Assembly (NCBI GenBank): GCA_021613535.1
Contig: CP075492.1
Coordinates: forward strand, 18,352,001 to 18,416,000
DNA length: 64,000 bases
DNA from: Adineta vaga
Taxonomy: Eukaryota; Animalia; Rotifera
Direction: 5' to 3'
The stretch's first letter is position 1, and each line of letters opens with the position of its first letter. A program made the translations under genes and the position numbers. Shown here one piece after another: positions 53,001 to 64,000 of the stretch. A model generated the notes under the pieces. The model made no database searches. It was given only the letters and a program-made list of their open reading frames with translations, and had not been told where the DNA came from.

Positions 53001-56000
53001 AATACCTCCGATTAACCCAAGAATTTTTGTAATAATATAAATAAAATTTAATCGAATTTGAATAGAATATTGACATGTTAATGGATAACATTGATTAAAA
53101 TAAGATTCAAATAAACTTTCATTTTTCCATGATTGTATAAAAAGATTATTTGCTAAGATTTCAATTGTTGTTGATGTTATTATATTTGATTTTAATAAAG
53201 TTAAATTAGTTGATGAATTAATGAATTGTTGAATTTCTAAAAGACATGTTTCATTATATAAACATTCTAATGTTGATATTAATATTGATTGAAAAGGAAA
53301 CCATGTTTGAAACATTCCTGGAATAATAGAATTTAAACTTCCATTTTTATATATAGCTATATGTCGATAACAAATATCATTTGATGTTGAATGACATTTA
53401 CATTTTGAAATAGTCGTATTTTTTGATGATAAACAATCGAATGTATTTGGAGATTGTGCTTCAATTATGGATAATGTAAGTGGATTTCCACGCATTACTG
53501 TAAATTCAAATTCTGAATTGATTGGTGTAATGAATTGATTAATTTCAAAATTTGTTTTAATTAAATTTAATATTGTTTGAAATGATAATGATATTGTTCT
53601 TTTAAAATTTTCGATAAGTAAATTGATTTGTATTTGAAATGTTTGTTGATTAAGTGTATAACTTGTTATATATTTAGTTTGATAAAATGATTGAAGAGAA
53701 TCATCGATTGTTTGTTGAGACATTCGACATAATGTTGATAAGAGTTGAAAATATATTTTCCAATGATAACGAATATCTCGAGTATAAATTGTGGAAGAAT
53801 TGTCATTAGAAAATTCAAAATTAATCCAATCAGATGAGAGAAATTGACTTAAACAAATTTCATGATATTCAGGTTCGATATAAGAAAGATATTTTTGATC
53901 AATTGCTGTTTGATTACAAGGACAAGTTAATGTTAAGGGATATTGATCATAAAAAGAAATAAAAGTATCTAAAGATGGTGATTTTATATTAAAATGAGTT
54001 GTTTGTCCTGTAATTGTTGTGAAAATAATGATGATAATCGTTGTTAAAATTAATATAATTATATAAATTCTTGTTGTATAACGTTCTCGACGAAGTATAT
54101 GTTCATTTGTTGATGGTGGAATACTTTTAAATAGATTGAATTTTTTTATCATTTGTTTTACACATTGAAATACATTTTTTATACGATCACAAGTTGAAAC
54201 TAAACAACGAATAATAATAAATATTTTTTGTCATTAGACATGTGCAGGGTAAGCGTTTTCATTACTCTGCACCCTGGCATAGCAGGGTAAAGGGGACCCT
54301 GCACATCTCTACTTTACACATGATGAGTAAGTGATTTTGTACCATTTTTTGCTTCGTAAAATAATAACTGCTGACATATAGTTCATTGAACAAATGGTTC
54401 ATAAATACCATTTAAATATTCGGCTCTAAATAAACTCGACTAAAAATCTCCACGGGATGTTGATGGTGGTTGTGATGTTATTCATAATTTAGTCTCTTTA
54501 AACGATAATAGAATTTCTCTTTTTTTCTCATCAAATTTTTGTTCTGGTGAATTACTACACATTTTCAAAATAAAAAACTGTTTCAGTTAACAAAATTGAC
54601 GATATCTAATTCTGAAAATATTTTTTCAACCAACATTTATTATATTGAATTGAATACGATGGTTCTTTGTTTTCATTCGTGTACAGAATAGAATATTATT
54701 CCTCAAAAAATCGCATCAGAAGATGTTCAGCTTTTACCGTTATTGAAAGAAGAAGCAAAGAGTCAGATAAAATTATCCCTACAATTATGGCAAGAGTATT
54801 AATTGTTTCGACTAACGGATCTCTTATCCTAGCCCTACCCTACCCTGCAGGGTAGGGGTAGGGGGCCCCTGCACATGTCTATTTGTCATTCCTTAAATTG
54901 TTAAAGCATTTATCACACATTTTGCTCATATGTTAATTGAACTTACTCTGATTTACTGATTTATCAATTATAATTATTCGCGAGTTGTTTCCTTTAGTTT
55001 TCAATTTTGATATAGTTGGCCAAATTATACTGAAAATCAAAGGAACGAATATTTTCAATATAGAAGATAATCCACCAAATAAACCAATTAATGAAGTAAT
55101 TATATACAAAAGATCATAACGTTCAATAATTGTATATTGACAAGAATCTGGTGCACATTGTGAAAAATATTTTTCAAAATATGTTTCATTTATCCACTGA
55201 ACAACAAACATTTGACTAAGTAATTGTTCAATTGTTTTATTTGAAAATGAAGAATTTAATTTTGGAAATTGATTTGATGTTTGTGTAAGAAGATCAACAA
55301 ATGTTTGATTATAAAATACTTCAAGTGTTGATTTGAATAAAGCGCTTAACATATAACAACCTGTTTGAAAACCAGGAATAGTTTCATTTTCAAATGTTGT
55401 TAAATCTATACATGTTGTACTTGTTGAACTTGAACATGTACAAGATAAACCATCAGAAAATGTATAATTTATACCTTCATAAGGAATAATATCTTCTATA
55501 TGTTTATTCCATTGTTCTACAGGTAAAACACTTGTTACTGAAGCACCTGTCATTAATAAACTTTGTGCTGTTATATTTTGAATAAATTTTAATGTCTTTA
55601 GAAATGTTTTTGGTATAAAATCAATAAAATCAATTAATAATGAAGTCATTTGAATTTGTAGAGATTGTTGAGAAAATAATTGTGAATGAATAAAATCTGT
55701 TTGTAAAAATGTTTTAAGATGATTTTCAATTGTTTCTTTTGTTAATTGACATAAATTACGAAGAGTTATAAATTGAAATACAGCAATCCGATGAAAATCA
55801 ATTGATGTAGAATTTTCATCAATATCTTCATAGAGACTATAAAGTTGATTGATATATTCATCTGATATCAGATGACTTTCACATAATTCATGATAAGTAG
55901 GTTTAACTTGAATAAATTCTTCATATTTTATTGCTATTTTTGTACAAAAACATTGGAATGATGTTTGTTTTTCCATAAATGAATATTCATTGAATGAAGG

Positions 56001-56237
56001 AGATTTTATTACCATTGTTTGTACACGAACTGTAATTATATTATAAAGTGCTATACTTAACATTGATGAGATGAGAAGAAATAAATATAAACGAGTTGAT
56101 CGACGTTGATTTTGTATAATAATTTCATCTTGAATACCATTATTGAATAGATTTAATTCAAATAGATTTTTCTTAAGAAATAGTAGAAAAGATCGAAAAT
56201 ATACTCCTATTAACATTATTTGTTTTATCTGAAACAT
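50050..56237 (-). CDS. ~1760-aa membrane protein: three tandem TM-Cys-rich loop-TM modules, an extra TM, a Thr-rich stalk and an FG-GAP/VCBS beta-propeller
   Basis: Exons 56237-54947, 54199-52895, 52844-51282, 51230-50967, 50909-50050; all introns phase 1, 5283 nt in frame. Each module has (L/F)NLF..R.TR.Y, CxC, HE(I/L)C, YFxxCxPxxCQY and (G/A)LxGG. The C-terminus has GDFNQDSIIDL-type repeats. The start may be ATG 56216. Confidence 0.85.
54235..54881. mobile_element. Non-autonomous hAT-like element in intron 1 of the triple-module gene
   Basis: TIR TAGACATGTGCAGGG / CCCTGCACATGTCTA with 8-bp TSD TTTGTCAT (54227-54234 and 54882-54889). Confidence 0.92.
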
Positions 56238-57029
56238 TAAAAAAAGATATTTTCATGTGGAAAATGAATGCCTATTTCTCTGATGTGTTTACTACAATTT
56301 GTATGCGTTAGTCAGTAATTCATCCGAGACACACTTTTCACATACTCTTTTTTTTTCTCCTCAAGAAAAAGCTTTACTCACACTAATGAAATATGTTCAC
56401 TTTTATTTACATTTAAACTATTTCTCTTTGACTATAGTCAGATACAATGAATATTTCTTCCCTAGGTATTAAAGCACCTCATAATGTAAATTGTTTCGCT
56501 TTTTAGTGAAAAAAATTTAAAAAAAAAAGGTTTTCCTCACTGATTCGATGAATAACAGGTGACATATCATCACTTTCCTGGGAATGTGCTTATATACGAA
56601 TACTTAAAAAGAATTTTGAGAATGAAACTACGAGTAGTAAGAAATATTCTATGTTCATATCAATCCAATAGAGTAGCCAATGAGTCCACAGATAAAAATG
56701 GCAACTTTTACAAATTTTATTATCTTTATCACCTATCGGTTCAATCTGTTGGAAATGTTCAAATCTACATACCATACCGATTTTGATATAATCGAATTGC
56801 AAAACAGCGACTAAGTAAAAAAAAACTCTAAGTATGAAAAACGCAACAGAATCATAGTTTTCATAGTTGGAAAAAAAAACGCTTCTGTTTTGTATTATTA
56901 ATATCTTTAATGAATGAAGCATACAGATGTGCGATAGAGCGAGAATTTGTTATTCCATTTGCAACTGGTATTTCACCATGTTTCACTTTGATTTTGTTTG
57001 GATTTTTTTTATTGTAATGAACTGGTATA

Positions 57030-57530
57030 ATACGCGGTGTTTATATTTTATCAGTAATCCGATATAGAATTCGATTTAGTAGTAGATTTATTATTTCATC
57101 CTGAATAAATTGACCGAAAATTCTCTTTTTTGGATCGATTCGTCTAACTAATTCTCTTGCTAACCAACCGTAGACCATAGATTGATACCTATGAGCTGTT
57201 CTAGGCGGCCATAAAGGTCTCTTCTGTTCAATTCATATGTTCTTGAATGGGTAGACGGAACAAATGATAAATCAGAACGATGAGTGAGAATATCTGCTAC
57301 TGTGCTGTTCTCTTTTCCATTCTCGCCAATATTCTGTAACTAAAGATGAATAATTGAGCAGACCACGTTGAAGAAAAAGTGTAACAGCGACAAGACTCTT
57401 AGATTTTGAGAAAACCATTTGTGATGTGTCACTATTGTAAGATTTTGTTCGTTATTCATTGAACCAACCGCTCTATAGAAAACTGACCAATTTGATTTGA
57501 TGATAAATTGTCATAGATACTCCCAAATTC
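57030..57530 (-). pseudogene. Beta-lactamase-like serine hydrolase pseudogene
   Basis: Reverse-strand translation gives LGVSMTIYHQ, MVFSKSKS (SxxK), TVADILTHRS and PLWPPRTAHRYQSMVYGWLARELVRRIDPKKR, with stops and frameshifts. Confidence 0.7.
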
Positions 57531-57591
57531 AACACGAACAATACATCATTGTATTTAAATTTAACTAAAAACCAAATATATGATATTCATC

Positions 57592-57653
57592 TTGAGGGTG
57601 TGGGTGTGGGTACGGGTACTACATCTGTCTAATGCCCACACCCACACCCTCAA
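57592..57653. repeat. Telomere-like palindromic element (best-preserved copy)
   Basis: TTGAGGGTGTGGGTGTGGG ... CCCACACCCACACCCTCAA: perfect 19-bp inverted arms, no flanking TSD. Confidence 0.9.
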
Positions 57654-57784
57654 ATACACGAAACTTTATCTTGTATCTCAGATGGTTAACGTAAATTTTC
57701 GCATTTTTCTGTTTTTATTTCAGAAATAATTTCAACATCAACTAGCTTGGCAAACAATGCTATTATAACATATTAAATTGATAG

Positions 57785-58141
57785 TACTTCGACAAATTTC
57801 TCTACAACATCAACAACAAGTACAAGTAAGTTACAAGTTTTCGTTACGTTTAAACTGTATTCATTGTTTATTTAGTAACAACGGCTCCGTGTTGTGCTAG
57901 ATAATGTACTGGTACTTTAGCGAGTCAAATGAATACGACTACTTGTAGCAGCATTTGTCAAGATAGTGATAGTTGGATGTGTCGATCTACTTCAACTTTT
58001 TGTAAGAGTGGTATTTTCACAAGTGGTGCTTACTGTAACACTGGTGCTGGTCACTCTCCTTGTGAAGACGGTTTCTACTGTGTTTATGATGCCTATACTT
58101 CTGGTGGACCATATTTGTGCATGAAATATAACAATCCATGA
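57785..58141 (+). pseudogene. Orphan terminal exons encoding a Thr-rich linker and a Cys-rich domain
   Basis: Short Thr-rich exon, then an exon reading TTAPCCAR*CTGT...CEDGFYCVYD with an in-frame stop. No 5' part was found. Confidence 0.4.
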
Positions 58142-58238
58142 ACGTCAATAAATATATTTCAAAATACTTTTTTTTACATTCAATTATCTCTTTTATGTGT
58201 TTAGCACTATCGAATATTTGTTCAGTTACGAGTACTAC

Positions 58239-58449
58239 TGTAACGATAAAGATATCACCCCATGTGGTGATATCAATATATGATCATCTCTCCCAATCAT
58301 GCGTATCCTCTTGTTCTTCTCTCTCTCTTCCTCTCTCTATATAAGTGTGCATTGTATTGTAGAGTGGGGACACTCTGGGTATGTGAGATAGCCGAATAAA
58401 CATCTACACCGTGAGGAGCGGTCAGCTACTCAACCAGTTTGTCGTTACA
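58239..58449 (+). mobile_element. Solo LTR (211 bp)
   Basis: TGTAACGA...TCGTTACA termini, 5-bp TSD ACTAC (58234-58238 and 58450-58454), internal TATATAA and AATAAA. Confidence 0.85.
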
Positions 58450-59018
58450 ACTACCACTTTAGCTACTGTCAAATAATCAATGAACTAGATCATTATCGTC
58501 TGTTAGCTTGTTTTAATATAAAAAAAGAACAGAAAGACATTGACACCCTCAAAATACAAATATGAGAATGACGTATAAAAAGATAATTCACCACCATAAA
58601 TAATACTGTCGATAATCAATAGGGTCCTTGGCGACATCATCTTTTCGTCTAACTTCTCGAATTACATTGATTATTTTTGCATTCCATATATCACTTGTAC
58701 TTTGAATATATAATGAATGTAGATAAGAAATATTTTCGTTTTTATTTAATAAATATTTGATAATCATTTCGATTTATATTAATAGTCAAATATTCCAATC
58801 GATGAAAAAGATTAATCAAGAATTAAACTGCTTCGAACGTACATAAACCAATAGTTACATCTTTAATCGTATTTTTACGCGAAAAATATTGAAAATCTTC
58901 ACTGGATTGTATTAATGACAAATTTCCTTCTTTAAGTGCCAATTTTCTTCAATTAGGAGTTAAAGATAACAATTTAATTTCATTATAAAAACAAGTATTG
59001 CTGTTATTAATCGTTATT

Positions 59019-59072
59019 TTAGAGCGTGGGTGGGTGGGTGTGAATACAAGTGAATCTCACCCACACCCTCGA
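59019..59072. repeat. Telomere-like palindromic element
   Basis: TTAGAGCGTGGGTGGGTGGGTGTG...CTCACCCACACCCTCGA. Confidence 0.75.
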
Positions 59073-59420
59073 CTTTGCAATGTGGGGTCTGGCATTGTCA
59101 TGCAAAAAATAAATTCTGTCTTGCTTCCCCTGGAGTTTTGTTGCAACTCGGTCTAATTGCTCACGATAGATATCAGCAGTGATTGTGCAACCAGTTGGAA
59201 GGAGTTCCCAATGAATAATTTCTTTTACATCCCACCAAACACTCAGCATGATCTTCTTTCGGTGAAAGTTACTTTTGGGCGTTGCTGCACCTGTTTCTCC
59301 CGGTCCCAGCCACTGTCGCTTGTGCGTGTGGTTAACATATAATACCCACGTCTCACCCCCAGTAACAAGATTCTGGAGCCATTGGTAGTTGCGATGAAAT
59401 GTCATTAATTCCATATAAGC
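59070..59420 (-). mobile_element. Internal fragment of a mariner transposase
   Basis: LVTGGETWVLY (TGDE mutated), KKIMLSVWWD and FLHDNARPH motifs; no TIRs. Confidence 0.9.
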
Positions 59421-59475
59421 GGATGTGGGTGTGGGTCAAGGTATACTCTTTACCCACACCCACACCCACCCTCAA
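59421..59475. repeat. Telomere-like palindromic element
   Basis: GGATGTGGGTGTGGGTCAAGGTATACTCTTTACCCACACCCACACCCACCCTCAA. Confidence 0.85.
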
Positions 59476-59526
59476 TGTCAACTAGTCCGTTTTAACTAGT
59501 TCAGATCAAAATTTTAATCTGTACTA

Positions 59527-60097
59527 CTATCCATTTCAAAATAGAATGCAGTCGGTTGCAAGTTGAATAAATCACCAACGTTGATAGCTATCGAGTTCGG
59601 GTTTTCACCTTTAGAAAGAGAAAACCTGGGGCTATTTATATTTCAAATATTATATCAGACGAAATCTCTTGGAAAACCGCCATTTTTGCAGATCTTTCTC
59701 GAAACTACGAGAAAATTGTATAATAAGTGAATGAACGTAAAAAAAGGAATTTTTCAATTTTTGGTCTGGAAGAAAATATTTGAAAAATTTGAAATACATA
59801 TATTCTTGTAGAACTCATTGAGCTGTACAAGAATGTGTATCTTTCGAGTTTTTCAAATATTTTCTTTCAGACCAAAAACTGGAAATACTGACTTTTTTAG
59901 CTAAATAATTTTCGTTTCCCAGCAAAAAAGATTTGCAAAAATGACGGTTTTCCAAAAGATTTCGTCTGATATAATATTTGAAATATAAATAGCCCCAGGT
60001 TCTCTCTTTCTAAAGGTGAAAACCCGAACTCGATAGCTATCAACGTTGGTGATTTATTCAACTCGCAACCGACTGCATTCTATTTTGAAATGGATAG
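59527..60097. mobile_element. Fold-back MITE, Tc1/mariner-type (TA TSD)
   Basis: About 170-bp near-perfect TIRs (CTATCCATTTCAAAATAG...) plus an inner inverted repeat centred near 59820; TA at 59525-59526 and 60098-60099. Confidence 0.9.
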
Positions 60098-60529
60098 TAG
60101 TTCGATTTAAAACTGAATTGGATTTTGATTCTTACTACGACATATATATCAGTTTCTATATGATTGATTTATTCTCATCATCAGTACTTTGGTCATTGGA
60201 ATAAATTTTGTTGCAAGGGAAGTGTGTGGAATCATTGTTTAAAGGTGGCGCAGTTTATGATTTTGTGCGTTATGATTGTAAAATATCCAACACCAGCGAC
60301 CATTGATAATCGAATTTGGAAGAATGCATTGTTTCTTTTATATGGTGTGATGTTATATATATATATTTTCTCTCTCTTGTGTGGTATTTTATACAAGTTC
60401 AGTTTCTTCATTTTGTTGTCTTTCATCTGTTCTTCTTCTTTCATTTCGCTCTTTACTTAAAAAGTTTTCTTTTTTTTATCTTTTTGGTCGGTGAGCAGAT
60501 GTAGCGCTCATCTGTCGTAGGGAAGGAGG

Positions 60530-60673
60530 TGTTAGGATGTATGTTATTTATCGTTCTATGGACATTTCCATGTCCTTTTCTTTCGTTCTTTCCCTTCTAT
60601 GTATATGACGTTTGACATATGTATAGTTGGGACTTCTCCTATAGTTTTTAGTATGTTGATTTTTCTCCTTTGA

Positions 60674-60714
<41 letters not shown>

Positions 60715-60751
60715 TCGGCTTTCAGGAGGAGGAAGAGAGGAGCAAGCGACA
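60530..60751 (+). mobile_element. Probable 3' LTR preceded by a polypurine tract; contains a (TA)n microsatellite at about 60677-60712
   Basis: AGGGAAGGAGG immediately before TGTT, ending ...CGACA. No TSD or internal ORF confirmed. Confidence 0.45.
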
Positions 60752-60903
60752 TTCTAAGTTTGATAAAGACAATGTGTTTCAATTGAATTGAACATTAATT
60801 AGTACTCAATTTTGATTTTTTAAATAAAAATCATGATTAAGTTTAAAAATGAAATAAAAACTCCTAGATTAGTTATTTTTCATTATCTCAAGCTGGAGTT
60901 CGC

Positions 60904-63091
60904 TTAATAATGACAACAATATCGTACAAGATTCAAAAGAAAAAACCCTAGATCATGAAATATAAGACAATTGAGTCTCGTATCTTTCATACATTCGAAA
61001 GAACGATAGATCCACGCACGTCGATGGCATCGAATGCATATAAACTGTTTTCTATGACTCCACTTCCGCTGAATACGAGTATCGACTATTTGCATACCTC
61101 CAATATCATCAACTTTTTTGTACCAAAATGTTGATTGCTCGATGTCTCGCATGAGTTCATAGATGTATCCTAATGCCAAATAAATGTGAGAAAATGTTGG
61201 GTGTTCAGATGGAATACTCTTTTGTGCAATTTCCAATGCTTTTTCGGTATGTTTAAGTGCCCGCTGCAAGTTTCGATGTCGTAGTTCGAGCAACAGATTT
61301 GCAAGACATAAATTATAGTGTACTAGTTCCGGATGTATTATTGGTAATGTATGAATAGCAACGTTTAAAGCTTTCTCACGATATTCGAGCGCTGTTCCAT
61401 AATATGCGCGTCGTTCAAAAAGACCAGCTATGTTTGAATAACACATTGCAATTTTCGGATGATTTTCATCAAAATTTTTTCGATAGATCGTCAGCGCTTT
61501 ATTATATGAGTCGAGAGCGTGATTTCGCCTATTTTGCATACTATATAAATTTCCCCGAACCAGATAAATGTTAGCTTTCAATAAGTGATCTGCTAAACCT
61601 TGACTTTCGCACAGCTTCAATGCACGATCATACCATTCACCACTTTCTTCATATCGACCTGTACGTAAAGCCACATTACCGATGTTGAGACAGTAACGAT
61701 TACGATTTTTATCATCGTTCGGAGTTTCATAGTAGATTCGACGAAAAAATCTGTCTGCTATATCCAATCTATTCATGTTATACAGAACAGTGCCGAACGA
61801 GTTCAAACTTGCTTCTTTGTCTTTGCCTGCCTGTTCACCGCCATATTCACTACGTAATGTCTCAAAAAGTAGTTTTATATCATGATTGTCCTTACTACCC
61901 AGTTCCATTTTCACTGTTGAAAATGAACTTCCACTAATGACATCCATAATATGGAAAATGCTTCCTGCCATAAAGAGCACTTCTTGTTCTTCTGGAAATT
62001 GACTGAATCTTGATACATTAGCAAATGGTTTTACACCGCCAGGAAGTTTCGGATCAGCGCTAATTTCGAATAATACGTTCACGGCATCGGCACGATTATT
62101 TTGATTAATGTAAAGGAGGGCAACGTCTTTTAGAAGACTAGCTGAAAGAAAGGAATTCATTGAAATATAATGATTTTTTGCTGCAAACAGTTGTATCCAT
62201 TCATTTTTTGAGAGCTGTTGACCCCGATAAACATGCACCAATGATTGTTCTTGATGGGTAGCTAGCTGATTTTCCATATCTTGTAAAATGAATCGAAACT
62301 GAAAGAGCAAATCAATATTTTGAGTGCGAAAAGCTTTATTCAACAGACGATAGACAAATGTATCTCTTGTGTACCATTCAAAGACTTTCTCAGATTTGTA
62401 TTCTAGATGAAACTTTTTAACTTTCTTCAATTCTTCTGTATTATTAGCAAAAAGTTCGGTACATAGAGTAATCAATTCATCTTTATCGTTAAGCTTTGGC
62501 TCCATTCGTAGGAGAATATCCAGAAGTAGCTGTGTAAACAAGAATCGTCCGTTAATCTCCACTGTAGAAAACTCCAACACTTGACCTGCTTTGAAAATAT
62601 TGATTGAAAAGAATTCTTTGGTATTACGCAGAAAACGAGCTTCGAACCAACGAATTCGATTGGCTATCTCATCCAGATCGATATGTTTGACCTGGAGAAA
62701 TGATTTCTTGATATTGGCATTGTGAAAAAGAAAAACTCACTTTTACATATTTCGAAGATATGTCACATTGATCATTAGTACTCGTTGCTGTCGAATGAAC
62801 AACAAATATGACTTTAATTGGACAGAGACAATGTACAACATTAATTATTTCTTCTGCAAATTGACCTTGAACTATTAGTATTACTTTGGCACTTGTAGGT
62901 AGCTCGTATAGATAATAACCACAGTCATCGAAATCTTCGAAAAAGCGCATAGTGGAGCCTTCTAAAGCCAGAATTTGCTCGGAATATTGAGGATCTTGGA
63001 GTAAAGTGAACTGTGGTCTTTCATTGAACCATACAACATCGAAATGTTCCACGGTAACAGGTTCTTCGATGTCTTGCTGATCTACATGCAC
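60904..63091 (-). CDS. ADP-ribosyltransferase (R-S-E type) with TPR repeats and a receiver-like N-terminus
   Basis: The exon ending at 62741 splices (phase 0) to 62691-60904. Motifs WYTRD, VYRGQ, SFLSAS, SQFPEEQEVLF and kinesin-light-chain-like TPRs (HPKIAMCYSNIA). The true start codon was not located. Confidence 0.85.
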
Positions 63092-63552
63092 TTGACATTT
63101 CGAACCTTTCGCATCAGAAAAATATCATTTAAGGTAACTTTAGCAAAGTGGATAAAACTACGGGTAGTACATTAGCATTAATAGGACTATAAACGAATAC
63201 TTTGTCTAATCGCTAAGCATCAGTATTAATACTGAAAACTAATACTGATTCAAAGTTATTATAATTTCTATATATTTAAAGCTGACACACAACTCTGAGA
63301 TAGAAATACGCACCTTTTCCCCCCATCACGTTCACCAGTTGGTCATGCAGTCGATCATTCAAACTTGTTTGCCTATTCTTCCGTGCTATAATAATCTCAG
63401 AATGCAGTTACTATTTGAAGAGAATCACGTGACGAGAGAAAGTGAGAGCATTTGTTTCTGTTCTGTTATTGATTTTGTTGGAAGTTTCCAAGTACAAAGG
63501 CAACTAATCCATATGTACACTATACAAAAAAAAACAGCAAAATAATACATCC

Positions 63553-63624
63553 TTGAGGGTGTGGGTGGATGTGAGTGTATGAGGATGTGATTGTAAAGGA
63601 AGAAGTGATATCACACCCACACCT
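63553..63624. repeat. Telomere-like palindromic element (another left arm starts at about 63975 at the window edge)
   Basis: TTGAGGGTGTGGGTGGATGTG...TCACACCCACACC. Confidence 0.75.
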
Positions 63625-64000
63625 GCGCTGAAATAGTGTGGACTGACAAGCATTGGTTCATTTGCGATTGGAAAGCTGGTCAAAGATCAGGTTATAGTAT
63701 CATGATCTGGTTAAATGGTAAACGTTATTAAGGTGAGTCATTTCTCTGGTATTTTGCTATTAAATTCTTCAACAAGTTTGAAATGTCACGCATTTATCCT
63801 TATTCCATTCGCACTCTCAGCAGACAGTAAAGTTTTCTTTTCCTCTTCTTATATTCATTGTAGTCGAAACTTTATTGATATACTGAATTTGCATTATGCA
63901 CACATCTCGTACTATGATTTCATCTTCATGTTGATTGGTCGCTTAGGAGATTGGATGGAGGATAAGAGACAAGGATGGGTGAGGGTGTAGGTGTAGATGT

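Noticed and set aside
57592-57653. Palindromes as Sola-type elements (GAG...CTC termini)
   Set aside because: No 4-bp or TTAA duplication flanks the clean copies. Not excluded genome-wide, but unsupported here.
7970-63990. Numerous 60-120 aa ORFs antisense to or overlapping real genes or lying in AT-rich spacers
   Set aside because: No motifs; they are explained as shadow ORFs or chance ORFs.
1-64000. rRNA, tRNA, prokaryotic operons or defence systems
   Set aside because: None recognised; the bacterial-like domains are embedded in intron-containing eukaryotic genes.

Overview
AT-rich (about 30% GC by eye) eukaryotic DNA with short GT-AG introns. The gene set (orphan class-A GPCRs, NHL repeats, F-box/LRR, ADP-ribosyltransferase-TPR proteins, bacterial-like genes) points to a bdelloid rotifer; this is an inference. 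Contents from left to right: (1) the right part of a KDZ (Kyakuja/Dileera/Zisupton) DNA transposon with an accessory gene, a CxC5/CxC6 transposase and a 43 x 8-bp subterminal array; (2) a TMEM272-like gene and several GPCRs; (3) a spliced ~1221-aa chimeric receptor (signal peptide + NHL propeller + 4 PPC-like beta-sandwich exons + class-A 7TM); (4) an F-box/LRR gene; (5) three ART-TPR loci, one with two ART domains and one disrupted; (6) a Gypsy remnant with a nested hAT element; (7) a two-exon secreted 6-Cys peptide gene missed by the ORF track; (8) a ~1760-aa protein with three tandem two-TM Cys-rich modules (possible single-chain trimeric channel) plus an FG-GAP/VCBS propeller; (9) MITEs, LTRs and several pseudogenes. 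The most unusual signal is about 20 short (40-90 bp) head-to-head palindromes, TTGAGGG(TGTGGG)n-spacer-(CCCACA)nCCCTCAA, built from bdelloid telomere-type hexamers. They lack obvious target-site duplications and repeatedly sit where flanking genes or transposons are truncated. All exon models were spliced by eye and no database searches were run.
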